DNA of 64,000 nucleotides, taken from Saccostrea cucullata (taxonomy: Eukaryota). Within the stretch, counting starts at the first letter, position 1; the number at the start of each line of letters is the position of its first letter. Of this stretch, positions 12,429 through 25,773 are shown piece by piece. The notes below the pieces were generated by a model. The model had not been told where the DNA came from and did not search any database. It saw nothing but the letters and a program-made list of their open reading frames with translations. Both the position numbers and the translations under genes were made by a program. The DNA is taken from contig NW_026930969.1 in the NCBI RefSeq assembly GCF_032062105.1, positions 124,001-188,000 on the forward strand. The letters are read 5' to 3'.

Positions 12429-13357
12429 TTGCATCATTAAAAATTCTTCAAATGAAAAAAGTAGAATAATTTTTGAAAAAAGACAGAGAAGGGGGTTAGC
12501 AAACAAACATATAACCCAAGGACACGATGATTTACAATTGTTTATAATTAATTCCAAAATTTCGTAAAACGTATTGCATATAGAAACACGGAATGGGGCT
12601 GATAACATAAATTTCACCTCGCAAGATGATGTCTGACTTAAGTGACCATGAAACAAAATATTAACATCAAAACTTTAAGGTAGGTATCACCAAGCAATTA
12701 GACTTTGAAATTCTTTTCAGACGCTTTTGATATCTTCTGTGTTGTTGAGAATACTTGAAACGTATGATCCAAACATGATTACCACATGCTAAGCTCAAAA
12801 AAGCTTCATGGCGTCAAGGGTCTTTCTTCTGGTTTAAAATATCGAAGAGCAACACCCCTCTTGATCAGTTGCCATATTGACTGCTTTCAATGTTTTTTTT
12901 ATTTATACTTACAATACTTCTTCGGTTTTTGTAATTTGAGGTTAGCCCACTGGTTGGACGCTTCCGCGTCGTATTCGATCTAATTCAATCTAATTCCCAT
13001 GTTGAAACGAGTACTCTTCATCATAAATATTCATAAATGAAGTATTATATAACCTTTAATATGAATATATCTCATTTTTTTTTTATAAATATCCTATATG
13101 ATATATGAATATATCTTATTCTTTGTACAGCTAATCAAGATAATTGTTTTATTATTAACAAATATCTTCTATGGCAATTCAAAGCTTATTAAATCAGAAT
13201 TATAACTGAAAGACCTCACTGCATTTCCATACGCGTCAAGTACTTTGATAACCCATGTGCATGATAAAGGTAAAGTGCACTTCAGCTGTTTATAGTCGAA
13301 GTTATCATCAAAGACTGTTTCACTGTATGCCATTTTCAGTTCACAGCTTGGGAAACC

Positions 13358-16300
13358 ATGTCCGCTTTGTCTACCGTACATGAACTTCCTCTTCACTCCG
13401 CTGCAGAAGAAAATGACCTTGTTAAGCTCGAGCATCTCTTAATTAATGGAAATTCCTATGCGGTTAATCTCCGGGACAAACATATGGCAGGACGCCTCTC
13501 CACTGTCTTTTGAATGCCAACACCTTTTCTGATTTGGACGAAGCAAAGAGAGGAATTCAAATTCTTTTGGATGGCGGAGCGGATGTTAACATACAGAACA
13601 AACATGAAGAGACACCGCTTCATACAGTGGTTCAGAATTACTTGGAATTTATTCCGGAAATCATTCGATACTTATTAACTCACAGCAAAACTTACGTGAT
13701 GGAAACACAGGATGAAGAAGGATTCTCATTATTTCACCTGTTCATGTCTGATTTCAATGACCATGTCAAAGAAAGCAAGGAATATCAAAAGCTTTTTCAG
13801 GAAAAGAATGATTTCATTAAAAGTTTGCTTCGTGGAAAAATTGTGAAATGTAACTTTTCTGCACTATTGAATCAAAAAGAACGCAAAGGATTATCAGCAT
13901 TCCTTACATTTCTGGCGAATTCTGAATGCCCCACCGACACGGTACAATTAATGATCGACTGTGGAGCTGACGTAAACACTTCTACTGAAATAGGAACCAC
14001 TCCCCTTATGGAGTCGGTTTTCAGACGGCGGAGGGATATCGTGGAAATTTTGTTGAAAGCAGGAGCAAACCCAAACCAAACAGATATATTCGGCCAAAGT
14101 TGTATTTTCCGTGTCTATACCAACGATTGTTTTGAATTGCTGAATCAATATGGTACAAATTTCTACATCAAAGATAAATTCGGAAGGTCCCCAATAACAA
14201 ATGTTGCACTTTACACGCCGGAAGATTTACCTCAGTCAAACATTGTCCTTTCACAGAACTTTTCGAAATATTCACCATTGTTTGAAAAGTTTCTAGAAGT
14301 TGGAGTAAGTTGCAATGAAGTTGATAAGCATGGTTCATCCCTTCTTCATTATGGGGCATGGTATGGGGATTCCACAATGATCAAAACGCTAATACAACAT
14401 GGTGCAGATTTAAATATGTTTGATTTTAATGGCTACTCGCCTTTGGATTTAGCAAAGTATGTTGGAAATGATACCATTTACAGTTTACTTGGTGGACTAG
14501 ACGATGGAACTGACAATGAAACTAAGTATTGTAAATTCCTCATTAATGCAACTGAAAAAGATAATATGAAGACTGTGTTGAATGAATATTTAGGAATTAA
14601 GGATGATCCTGCTTATCTTTTGATGTCACTTGTGAAATCACCAAGATTGGGAATGACTGAAATAAGACCAGAACCAAGACATATCAAGTCAGAAGTCACA
14701 GGACTGATGCACAGGATAGCAGATGTCGTCGGAAGATTGGATCCGCTTTTTGTCTGTACAGTCTATCCAACAGGTAGTTCGTCTGAGGGTACAAAGGTTG
14801 CAGACCCAGACGAATTTGATTTTGTGTTTTATTTGAATATCTTTTCAAACCATTGTATACCGATTCAGGATGTTAACTGTGTGAACAGCGGATTTGCTAG
14901 TTTGAAAATTAAGTCAAATGAAGTTAAAGGGAAGTTCGAATCCTTTCTTGATGATACGACTTTCTCGGCAGATCTTATTAGGGGTACCTTTCAAGAACTA
15001 GTCACCTGTGCTCTTAACAACCCAGACATATGGACCTCTGATTATTTATGCTTTGAAGGTCTAGTTGACTATCCTTCGGATAAGCCAATTCTGAAGTTAG
15101 ATATCGATTGGTACGGTCCCGTTATGAAACATATAATAGTCAGTGTTGATATTGTTCCTGCTGTTCAGATAAAGGATTGGAAGCCCGTGGAAATAAGTGA
15201 TGATCAGCCAATGTGTTCTGTTGACGAAGAATATTTGCTTATCCTTCACTCACCAGAACGCTGCCCTTGGAGCAGTAAAAAAAGTGACCAGCTAGTAAGG
15301 ATTTCAAGCTCTCTTATGGAGAAACAGCTTCTAAGGAACCTTCCTTATATTTGCACCGAAAGTTATGCAGCAGCCAAAATTTTAAAAAGTTTCAATTTTT
15401 GTCCAAAAATTCAGTTTAATGAGGAAATTATCATTGGATCGGATGGTTCCGTCGAAGTTGTGTTTGAGGAGTCACGATCAAGTGAGAAGTTAGAAAATGA
15501 GCAGTGGGATAAAGAGGAAGACAACGTGACAGAACGAAAAGAAGGCAATGAAGATATGAGATGCAATCAGACAACCAGTCAGTTTTTGCCCTCTCGAGAC
15601 TCCGAGGGCAATTCAAAATCTGAAGATGTCACGAATAAAGCACAATCTTCTCAACACAGACCTGTTTTGCCCTGGGTGATGGATATTGATGATACTTATA
15701 ACGTTAGAAAAATATTTACGCCAAAAGAGAGCGAGAAAATGAAGAACAAGACATATACAGATGAAAAAATGGGGATGACATATACAACATCAATTTGTGA
15801 TAAAGACGGACACAAATTAATCTATTTTGAGCCCCTTCCATGTGAAGAGAATCCCAATGATTTGGGTGAAGGTAGTTCAAAATTGGATTGCAAAGAGGTG
15901 AATAGACAGCGAAAGGACAGTCCAAATTCAGAAATAGACTCTGAACAGAGATCTGAATCAGATTGTGCTGATGGGAACAACAGAGCTGAGTTCATCCACA
16001 GAAATGATAACGCTGAAGGCAATACAAAAGATAGCAAGAAAAGTAAAAATCACAATACCGAAGAGGACGTAGGTGGTGTGGAAGGTTCTGATGACTCGGA
16101 AGATGATTCTTCGGTTGATACTGAGTGGGAAGGTGGTGACGTCGTTTCTGCTTTCGATGAAATTTCCAGCTACATGTTGAAAATGTGTCTATTTCATGTT
16201 GTACATCAAGAGAAAAACAAAAATGGCGATGTTCCCCCTTTCACTCTTTTGGAACTGACCATAAAGATTTACGAGAAGTTACTGACGTTCGCCAAGGAGG

Positions 16301-16497
16301 GTCGTTTACCTTCTTATTTTCTTCCTTTCTTGGATGTTTTCACGTATGTTGATACTCATATAAAAGTTATTCCAGAAAAAGATTTAGAATCTGTGTCAAA
16401 GCAGAAATGTGAACGAATTCAAGCTTTCTGTAAGGTTATTTTGGGAATTTTGAAGCAAAATCAGTCAGGCGATGTTACCTCATCTGAGAAATTATAA
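13358..16497 (+). CDS. Ankyrin-repeat cGLR, copy 3; 2-nt insertion frameshift at ~13484
   Basis: True start is ATG 13358 (MSALSTVHELPLHSAAEENDLVKLE, homologous to the starts of copies 1 and 2). An extra AT in AAACATATGGCAGG shifts the frame. ORF 13510-16497 carries the remaining ankyrins and an intact NTase/Mab-21 fold. Confidence 0.9.
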
Positions 16498-18009
16498 TAG
16501 AACTAGACAGTTGTGCGAAGAAAATGATATACATGTATACTAAAATGTTGATCGATACTTGATTTAAAATTTAAATAAACATGGTCAGTTTGTAGTCTTA
16601 GAATTCATATGAGAATGTTTCTTAATCAAATGTTAATTTGAAATGACTGTATGTGATGTACTGATATTATGCATATTTATTGTACATAAAATAGATGAAA
16701 CACATTGTACTTTGTTGCATTTTCGAAGTTCAAGAACAAAAATACTTCTTATCACTTGAGACTTTTCAAGTTCTCTAATACAGTTTCATACTTGAATGGG
16801 GTCATTTACTTTATTTTTACTTTATCTGATTTCCGCTAAATACTATTGATTCTTGTGTAATTTGGGTCTTTACTTCGGTATGTTATGTTTTACTGTAATT
16901 TACACACCTCCTCTTTGGCTACGTATGTTTTGACAACAATAAAAAAACCAATTTGATTTTAAATATGAGTTGCATGTACTCCTCATTCTTAAATTGATAC
17001 AAGTTACTAGTATTTGCTTACACTGCAAGGACATTTATTGTGCAATAGAAAGGGAGAGAATACTAGAGATCAAACTGGCATATCTAGATCTCACACTGAA
17101 GATATTAATCTAGGTTATACCAAGACAGGTCATTCAACCTCCCAAATCCTGGTCACGGCACCAAATGTTTCAGGAAGGAAAAAATACTATGGACCAGTCC
17201 AAGTTTGACCTGTCTCCCCATTGAATTCTTAACAGATGCGACACCAAATAAACTTCCTAATATACATATTGAAAGGCTGATTACATCAGGGCTTGAAAAT
17301 AAAAGTCATACTGAGTTTGGGGGATCTTGGATGGTGTCTTTGCAACAAAGACATTTTATAAATGGAGAAATGTGGCGATCGACAGCCAAATGCGTCAATC
17401 TTGACACGTGTAGAATACAGTAAGTAAGGAATTTGGTGATTAGAAGGGTTTGATCTTTGGTGGCCAAGTAGTTCAAATCAACTTCCTCACTGGTAAATTA
17501 CATGCATAAAAAAGTAAATTACAGAATGTGCTCCTGGAAGAATAGATTTTCGACCAATTGACAAAAAATCAACATTAAAATAATGGAACCATGGATTTAT
17601 TGTTTGTTTGGTTTTTGTTTTTGTTTTTTTAATAATCAAATTTCTGCAATTTTTAACAAACAATGTATTTTCTCTAGAATGTCTGATGGAAACAAAACAC
17701 TGTGCATTTTCTCACGTGAAAAGGGAATTATGTAGTTGAAAAATGTCTTCAATGCCAAGAATGAGTGCTTGCAATCTGTAAAATGTTATCGTTCTTACAA
17801 GAACTGAGTTTAGTTAACTCTATTACGTCTCTGGTTAAAGCGTATAAATACCGAGTATGTGTTAAGTCATCTAAAATTGTGATATCTTAGATATCTTTCT
17901 CCTGAAAAGGAGTTGATATCCCCTTTTAAAAATTGGAATATTGATTAATTTTAAATACCGTTAAATTTTGTTAAATGTGTCAATCTATATCATGAGTAAT
18001 ATAAATTAA

Positions 18010-18806
18010 GGGAACATACTAAAGACCTGATATTTTGACCTGATGAAAAAAAATCATATAAAATTATCAATTTAAAGATTATATTTCAAATATAAGTTTG
18101 AAAATTATTGATGAAAATATACTAAATTACACTTTTTCGGGAATAACACTGGCTTTTTAACAAGGAGTACTTACAACAGGTTGATGACCTGATATTATTG
18201 AATGACCTGATATTTTTAGCGAAGATCTGATATTTTTATAAATGACTTGTAAGGGATGGTTTTAAATGACCTGATTAATTAAATAATTCTTTTAGAAAAA
18301 TTAAACATTTTAGAATTTTTTTTAGAACAAAATGTTTGCAGCAATTTATGAAAAAAAAAGGATTTTTGTAAAGACCTGATACATGTATTTTTTAATGACC
18401 TGATATTTTTGAATGACTTGACGGGTTTAAATGACCTGATTTATTATTATTACATATTTTCAAGAAATTTGAGGAAAATATAACAGATTTCAATGTTAAA
18501 CTTTATAAAATTTGAAAATTTGCAGTAATTCCATTTCATTTAAGAATATCAAGTCTTTTAAAGTAAAAAGTATCAGGTCATTAAAAATTATCAGGTCATC
18601 AAGTTTTGTGAATATACCTTGATATATAGCAAAATAATCTACATATTATCAACTGAAAATGCTTTTAATATAGTTTCAGTTATTATCATCAATAATTTTC
18701 CCTAAAAAATATGAAATAGAAAGTTTAAATTGATAATTTAATATGATATTTTTTCATCAGGTCAAAATATCAGGTCTTTAGTATATCAGGTCTTTAGTAT
18801 ATTCCT
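18010..18806. mobile_element. Foldback-like non-autonomous DNA element with long imperfect TIRs and GACCTGATA sub-repeats
   Basis: GGAACATACTAAAGACCTGATATTTTGACCTGATGAAAAAA at the left is mirrored by TTTTTTCATCAGGTCAAAATATCAGGTCTTTAGTAT at the right. Ends ~210 bp upstream of the ACAD ATG. Confidence 0.7.
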
Positions 18807-19015
18807 AAATTTAAGATACATTGCGATTTGTCCTACATGCACTTTATACGTTAAAGTATGATTAGGTTGTTGAGTATTTTATTGGTAAAAGGAATATTTT
18901 GATAAAATAATTTTGAACTGGATAAGGCGAGCGTTGTTGACATAGGCATTTTGTTTTCGTATCGGGTTTGTTGTTTCTTTACATTAGTTGAATCGCGATC
19001 CCGACATTACATAAA

Positions 19016-19528
19016 ATGTCAACAAAAAGTTTATCCAAGTTACTTAGGAGGAATTTTGCGGCAATAAGTCGTCATGGAATACGCTTGAGTTCAACTCAAG
19101 CTCAAAAAAAGAATAAAAATGAATGCTCAGGCGGCATATTCTCAGAGGAACATCAACAGCTGCGGGACTCGTTGAGAAAAGTAAGACCTAGTTCCTGAAC
19201 GTTGCTCATGAACTTTGATCTGTATCATCGGATCCAGGAAAATCCCTATATTTAGCTATATATAGCTTAATTTACATGTATAGCTTTATTTACCTATATA
19301 ATATAGCTTTATTTAGCTATTTTAGAATAAGTTTCTGTTTTATGAAAAGCAGACAAGGTAAGAAAAATAGGTAGATTTAGCTAAATAGCTAAATATAGTG
19401 ATTTTCCCAGACCTGATCATTGTACCTTTTCTGTAAACGACAGGTGGTACTTAGATACATGTGTTTAAACTAATCAGGTGATGACTGTTTTGTGATATTT
19501 CATTTTTAGCTCACCTGAGCCAATTGCA

Positions 19529-19560
<32 letters not shown>

Positions 19561-19577
19561 GTCCGTTGTCTGTCGTC

Positions 19578-19608
<31 letters not shown>

Positions 19609-19611
19609 ATC

Positions 19612-19646
<35 letters not shown>

Positions 19647-22600
19647 TACAAAGTATCCTTTGGTAAAGGGTATTCAAGTTTGTTCAAATGAAGGGCCACA
19701 CCCTTTTCCAAGGGGAGATAATTATGAATTAGAGAAAAATGAATGGCATTTTTAAAAAATCTTCTTCTCAAGAACCACTGGGCCAGGAAAGATGAAACTC
19801 TTGTGGAATCATCCTCAGATAGTGTATATTCCAGTTTGTTCAAATCATGACCCCCGGGGGTAGGGAGGGGCAAAAATGGCCGATCATAGTTTTACATAGG
19901 TATATATAGGAAAAATCTTTAAAAATCTTCTTCTCAAGAACCACTGGGCCAGGAAAGATGAAACTCATGTGGAATCATCCTCAAATAGTGTAAATTCAAA
20001 TTTGTTCAAATCATGACCCCGGGGGTAGGGATTAGCCAATATGGCCGATCAAAGTTTTATATAGGAATATATCTTTAAAAATCATCTTCTCAAGAACCAT
20101 TGAGACAGGGAAGATGACACTTATGTGAAATTATTCTCAGGTAGTGTAGATTCAAGTCTGTACAAATCATGACCCCCGGGGCTAGGGTGGGGCCAAAATA
20201 GCCGACCAAAGTTTTACATTGGAATATATAGTAAAATCTTTTTAAATCTTCTTTTCAAGTACTTCAAAGCCATGATTAGTAATATTTATATGGAATCATC
20301 CTCAGGTAGTGTAGATTCTAGTTCGTTCAAATCATGATCCCCTGGGGAGTTAAAATTCAAGCCACCCCCTAACCTCAGTAAATTTCAGTTCTGATCTGAT
20401 ACGTGCTTTTTCCTAGCCGATGTGCTCAGGTGAGCGCTGTGGCCCATGGGCCTCTTGTGCTTATATTTATCTTAATTAATCTACCAATACCATGTGTTTA
20501 AAGCAAGACAAGCAAAGAGACAAAATCCTGACGATCATTAGAAGTGACATTTTTATTACTTGTCATTTGAGGACTTTCCCAATTCACATATAACAAGTTA
20601 ATAAGGAAAAAACCGATAGTTTAAATAGTTTAAGTTTTTTGTTCAGATTTTAATTGATAATTAAAAGTTTGAAGTCAAATTTATTTGTCATTCAGTCAAG
20701 CTGGCTCATTCATCTGTAGTACTGCTTTCAGATTCATATAGATGGCATCGTGCATATATATATAGTCTTTCTCTGATCCTTGATGTTTACTGCACATTTT
20801 ATATATATTGTTGATAAAAATTTGCAGATCATTGACAAAGAGATAAATCCACATGTTGATCAGTGGGAACAAGAAGGACAGTTTCCTGCTAAGAAAGTAT
20901 TCAAAACTCTGGGAAATGCAGGTCTTCTTGGAGTTACAAAACCCACAGGTATGAAGTCCCTAAAAAAAAGGTATGACTTTTCAGGAAAGGATGTTTTTGT
21001 AACGTCAAGGTATAAACTGTAATGGTACTGACTAGAATACCCATAGCTGGGGCAACTTAACAGGTGCTATACTGTTGAGCTTGAGGTATGATCTTGTCCA
21101 TGTCATCATCTTCCTCTAACATTTGGTGCATACTTGGATAAGACAGGAGAACCTTCCAGATATTAGACTGAAATATTGTTCAAAGGGTTAAGTACAATAA
21201 ATGACGGAATAATCTAGTGGTCAGGTTGGCTTATTTGCTGGTAGCCAGATGTTGAGAATTGAGAAACTGGTAGCCTAGTACTAGGGCATTATCAGAAGAT
21301 CATGGGTTTCATTCTTGTTCTTGGCATGATAAAAATAAAAGATCCCACACTGCTATGACTGTAAATGACTTGCATATAGGTCAAAATTTGTAGCACTGCA
21401 CCTATAGCAGGTGCCGTCTTTTATCAGCTGATGAATTACATGTTTTAGTAAAGGTACAGTCTGGTCTGTTCAAACTACATTTCTGTGTCACTTGCAGAGC
21501 AGACAACATTTGATGATTTGGTCATTGTCTTGCTTGCCAGTTTGCACTATGGCTTTTGTAAAATACCACAATTACCAACCTGGTGACCTTTGAATTTTAC
21601 CATTTACTACATTTTAAAATAGCATATTTTGGATGCTTAATAAGTAACCATAAGCCTAATAATGCTCTTGCTATGATGTTAAGGCACATCTTTCATCATT
21701 ACAGAATATGGTGGCTTGGGACTGGATTACACCTACAGTATTGCTTTAGCAGAAGAGCTGGGTAATATTAACTGTGGAGGCGTTCCCATGGCAATAGGAG
21801 TTCAAACAGACATGTCAACACCTGCACTGGCAAAGTAATTCATGAAAATGTTTTAGAATTCTTTCTTGTTCTGCGAAACTGATTTTAAAAATATGATTAA
21901 ATGGACTTGTATACATGTACCTACACACATTTATACATGTACAATAAAACTTGTTTACTCTTGTCACCACTGATTTAAAAGAAATCATTCAGATTAGACA
22001 AGATCCTGGATTAGACAACATTTTAAACAATTGAATCTACTAAAAGGAATTTGAAAGTTTAAAAGATTGTAATAGGCAGGATTTCAGAATACACAAATCT
22101 GGATTAGTCAGGTTTCACTGTACCTTTTTATGCCAGCCTATACATTCCTGCTTTACTTTCTTTTTTTTGCCAGGTTTGGCAGTGATAAGATGAAGAGAGA
22201 GTTCCTGGCTCCTTCCATAGCTGGTGATGTTGTGTCCTGTATTGGGGTCAGTGAGGTCGGGGGAGGATCTGATGTTGCCAGTAGGTGTTATTGAGCTGTA
22301 TTTGATCAAGTGTCAGAAATATAATATATCCATGTAACATTTGTCAAGAAATGGGGGAGAGATATACAGTTATTTTTGGGGAGGGGGGTAAAGAATGAGG
22401 CTCTCATTCATTGATAGTTTGTTGTAACACTACCAGACTGAGTATTAACTTCAGCAGGGTGGCTCATAACTCATAACCATAGAAAGCCATAAATTTTAAA
22501 TATAATACAATTCTAAAAATGACTGTTGTCTCTTGCTTTAGGTGTAAAAACCACAGCAGTGAAGAGTGGTGGAGATTACATCATCAATGGTGGGAAGATG

Positions 22601-25600
22601 TGGATAACCAATGGAGCCCAGGCGGATTGGATGTGTCTCCTTGCCAACACCAGTGAGGGGCCGGCACACAGGAATAAATCGCTCATCTGTCTTCCCATGA
22701 ACTTACCAGGTATATACACATGTTGAAAACATTTTTAGTGAGAAATTTAAATGAACAAAGGGGTTAAGTTGTAAAATTGATCTTATCATAAGTTTTTTTT
22801 TATTTGTAATAGCTTCTTTGAGTTTTTTATGAAAATTCATCAAATTTTCATTAAATTTTCCAATTTTAAAAAATGTTTTCTTTTTTCCCAATTGCATAAA
22901 AATTCTTTCATTAATAGTTCCCATTTTTAAAAATGACTTTTCTTCAAATGTCTGTCAAATTTAAATGAACAAAGGGGTTAATTTGTAAACTCTAGATCTT
23001 ATTTAATAAAGTTTTTTTGATTTTCAAAAACTCTTTGAATTTTATTTCCAAATTCATCAAATTTTCATTAAACAATTTTTCAAAATGCTTTTTTCCAATT
23101 GCCTAAAGTTTTTTCTAAATTTCAATATAAAATGGCACACAAAATGACTACACTAAGATACATAACTCTGGTTATTTGGTTTTTGATTTTTACATTTATG
23201 GTGTTGCCGTGGTTACTAAAAATAGAAATTTCTGTAAAATTCTTTGAAAATGCTACTCCTCCTACAGTTTTGGTCTGATTTCAAAATAACTTGGCACACA
23301 AGTAGACTACACTAAGACACATAATTCTGTGTATCTGTTTTTGATTTCGATAAAACGGTGTTGCCGTGGTTACTAAAAATAAAAATTTCTGTAAAATTCT
23401 TTGAAAATTCTACTCCTCCTACAGTTTTGGTCTGATTTCAAAATAACTTGGCACACAGGTAGACTACACTAAGACACATAAATCTGTGTATCGGTTTTTG
23501 ATTTCATTGAACGGTGTTGCCGTGGTTACTAAAAATAGAAATCTCTGTGAATTTTTTTGAAAAGCTATGTGTTCCTACAGTTTGGGACTTCTGATTTCAA
23601 TATTACTGGCACACAATATTTCTTAACTGAAGAGGTTCAATTTTATTCTATATATTGTATTGCAATTTATTTTTGATTTCAATTTTTTTATTCTATAGCT
23701 GTGCAACCCCTTGAGAATTTAATAAAAATCCACAAATCTCAGACAGAGGAAGGCTTTTGAAATTTCTTCAAAACAACTCCTCCTACATTTTGGCTGATTT
23801 CAAAATAACTTGGCACACAAGTGGAGAGCCTCAGGTCATAAGATACATAATTCTGGTATCTGTTTTTGTTCCAGTAAATGTGTTGCAGTTTACTAAAAAT
23901 AGAAATTTCTGTAAAATTGTTTTCAATGAAAGACTGTTATACAGTATATTTGTGATTTCAATATAACTTGGCACATGGACACTAACTAACATAATTCTGT
24001 GTAACTGTTTTTGAGGTCGATGGAAAGTGTTGCAGTGGTTACTAAAAATAGAAATTTCTGTAAAATTCTTCAAAATGAGGTCCTTATACAGTTTTGGTGA
24101 GAGAATTTCAATATAATTTGCACACAATACACTAAGAAACATAATGTCTGTAATCTTTGGTACATATATATTTATTGTTCATGGATGTTAAAAATAAAAA
24201 TGTGGTAAAATTTGAAAATTCTAGTCCTCCTACAGTTTTGTCTGATTTCAAAATAACTTGGCACACAGGTAGACTACACTAAGACACATAAATCTGTCTA
24301 TCCGTTTTGATTTCTGAGACGAGTTTTGCCGTGGATCATTACTCAGAAACTATTGGAAGGATTTGTCTGAAAATTTGTACACATATTATTCACCATATGA
24401 AGTTGTGCACCTGATATTTTCATATAACTTGGCACATTATTATTTTGAATTTTACAGGTGTTTTTTCATTTTTATTTTGTGGTTTTGTCCGTGACCGTTT
24501 CTCAGAAACTATTGCAAGGATTAATCTGAAAATTTGTACACTTTTATTCACCATATGAAGGTGTGCACCTGGAATTTTCAACTCTTTTTGTTAATTTTTT
24601 TGCATTTTACAGGTTTTATTTTTTATTTTAATTGACTTGTTCATTTTGGGCTCATGTATAAGGTTTGAGATATAGAATCTAGAATATCTGTTCAAAAATA
24701 CTACAGCTTAAAACTACTCATAAAAACTTACAAAAAAAAGAAACATCATCAAGTGTTAAAAACAGTTTTTACATTGCACAGAAAGATAATGTAATTTCAT
24801 TTTTTTAGGAATAAACTGGACATGCATCCAGTTAAAGATAAATTAATGGGCATTTGGTGTTGGAAGTTGTTAAGGCATATCTCTTATCAAGCGTGTGTGT
24901 GTTATCTAATCTCCAGGGAATAAGGCACAAGAATTAAAGATCTCTCTTCTCTTATTCTCTTAATTGTAATTTATTGTCTGTCAAAGCACTTCATTACTGG
25001 ATGACCAGCTCTTTATTTTCAAAATGCATTTCAAATTGATATATCAAGATTAATTTGATTTTGTATAATGGTTTTTTTTTTAACAATCAGTTTGCAGAGT
25101 GACATAACACATAATTGCAATTTATTTTTTTAATGCAGAAATAAAAAAAAATAAAATGAAAAAATAAAAAAAATTGTTACAATGGAATTACAATATATAT
25201 GATGTTTCATTTGGTTGCACCTTTGTTTCATTCATTAAGAAACATGATGAGCAATTATATTTCACTGCAAATTTTTGTAAGTAAATTGTGAACAAGATCC
25301 ATAAAGTATTTTTGAATTGGCACCTTCTCTGAAAAACCCAGCGGGGGGTATTTGTCCCTATTGGACAGTTCTAGTTTTGCAATATTTCATACTTTCAGAT
25401 ATCTGATTCTCAAATATTTTTCTTGCTCCTGTTGAGTTTAAGATAATGAGGTTTGACGGTATTCTCTGAAGTCAATGAAAGTAAAGAGTTCTCTTGTCCT
25501 TTATAAAATAAATATTTTAATTGAACTTAATTTACATGTACAGGACAATATGTTTGCTTTTTTGTAAATCTTTAATAAAATTAACCTCTATTAGTAAAAT

Positions 25601-25773
25601 TATTCCACAAAACATGCTTTACTTTCACTTCTGTGATAAATTCTTAATCCTGTCATTTGTCTTGTAGAGATTTCCGGCTGTTGTCCATTGGAGGGGGAGC
25701 TGATGAGGTCATGCTGTCAATCATATGTAAATACATGAACACCCTGCCACTACCACCAAGCAAACAGAAGTGA
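19016..25773 (+). CDS. Acyl-CoA dehydrogenase (acdh-6/AtuD-like subfamily), multi-exon; middle exons not found
   Basis: GT-AG exons 19016-19180, 20828-20948, 21705-21834, 22174-22280, 22542-22709, 25668-25773. They encode an Arg/Ser/Leu-rich presequence, EYGGLG, IGVSEVGGGSDVA, YIINGGKMWITNG and DFRLLSIGGGADEVM. Confidence 0.9.
19227..19417. mobile_element. Small palindromic MITE in ACAD intron 1
   Basis: GGAAAATCCCTATATTTAGCTA ... TAGCTAAATATAGTGATTTTCC inverted repeats. Confidence 0.55.
19503..20458 (+). mobile_element. Helentron/HINE-like non-autonomous element with ~166-bp internal satellite repeats
   Basis: 5' TTTTAGCTCACCTGAGC with short IR, GTC/GTCT microsatellite, tandem units (TTCTCAAGAACCACTGGGCC...CATGACCCCCGGGG), 3' CTCAGGTGAGC and palindrome GGCCCATGGGCC-TCTTGT. 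Same family as 33651-34106 and 62376-63598. Confidence 0.85.
21268..21432 (+). mobile_element. Degenerate SINE remnant in ACAD intron 2
   Basis: TAAAAGATCCCACACTGCT...GCATATAGGTCAAAATTTGTAGC resembles the body of the SINE at 54216-54485. Preceded by a decayed tRNA-like head. Confidence 0.5.
23130..25376 (+). mobile_element. 5'-truncated Helitron/Helentron-like element carrying ~157-bp tandem repeats
   Basis: GACTACACTAAGA recurs at 23146, 23305 and 23462, with further degenerate units to ~24330. The 3' end GCGGGGGGTATT-TGTCC CTATT GGACA-GTTCTAG-TT has a hairpin plus CTAG. No 5' terminus found. Confidence 0.7.

Noticed and set aside
3540-13490. Programmed ribosomal frameshifting or micro-introns explaining the cGLR frame breaks
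   Set aside because: Breaks are at different positions in each paralog and align as simple indels against the sister copies. No shared slippery site or GT-AG micro-intron was seen.
3938-16037. Short antisense and alternate-frame ORFs inside the cGLR genes
   Set aside because: Shadow ORFs of the real coding strand with no recognisable motifs.
3322-16497. Bacterial CBASS/CD-NTase operon, contamination or horizontal transfer (because the genes are intronless)
   Set aside because: Genes are kilobases apart among animal repeats and an ACAD exon relic. Motifs are of the animal Mab-21 type and there are no Cap effector genes.
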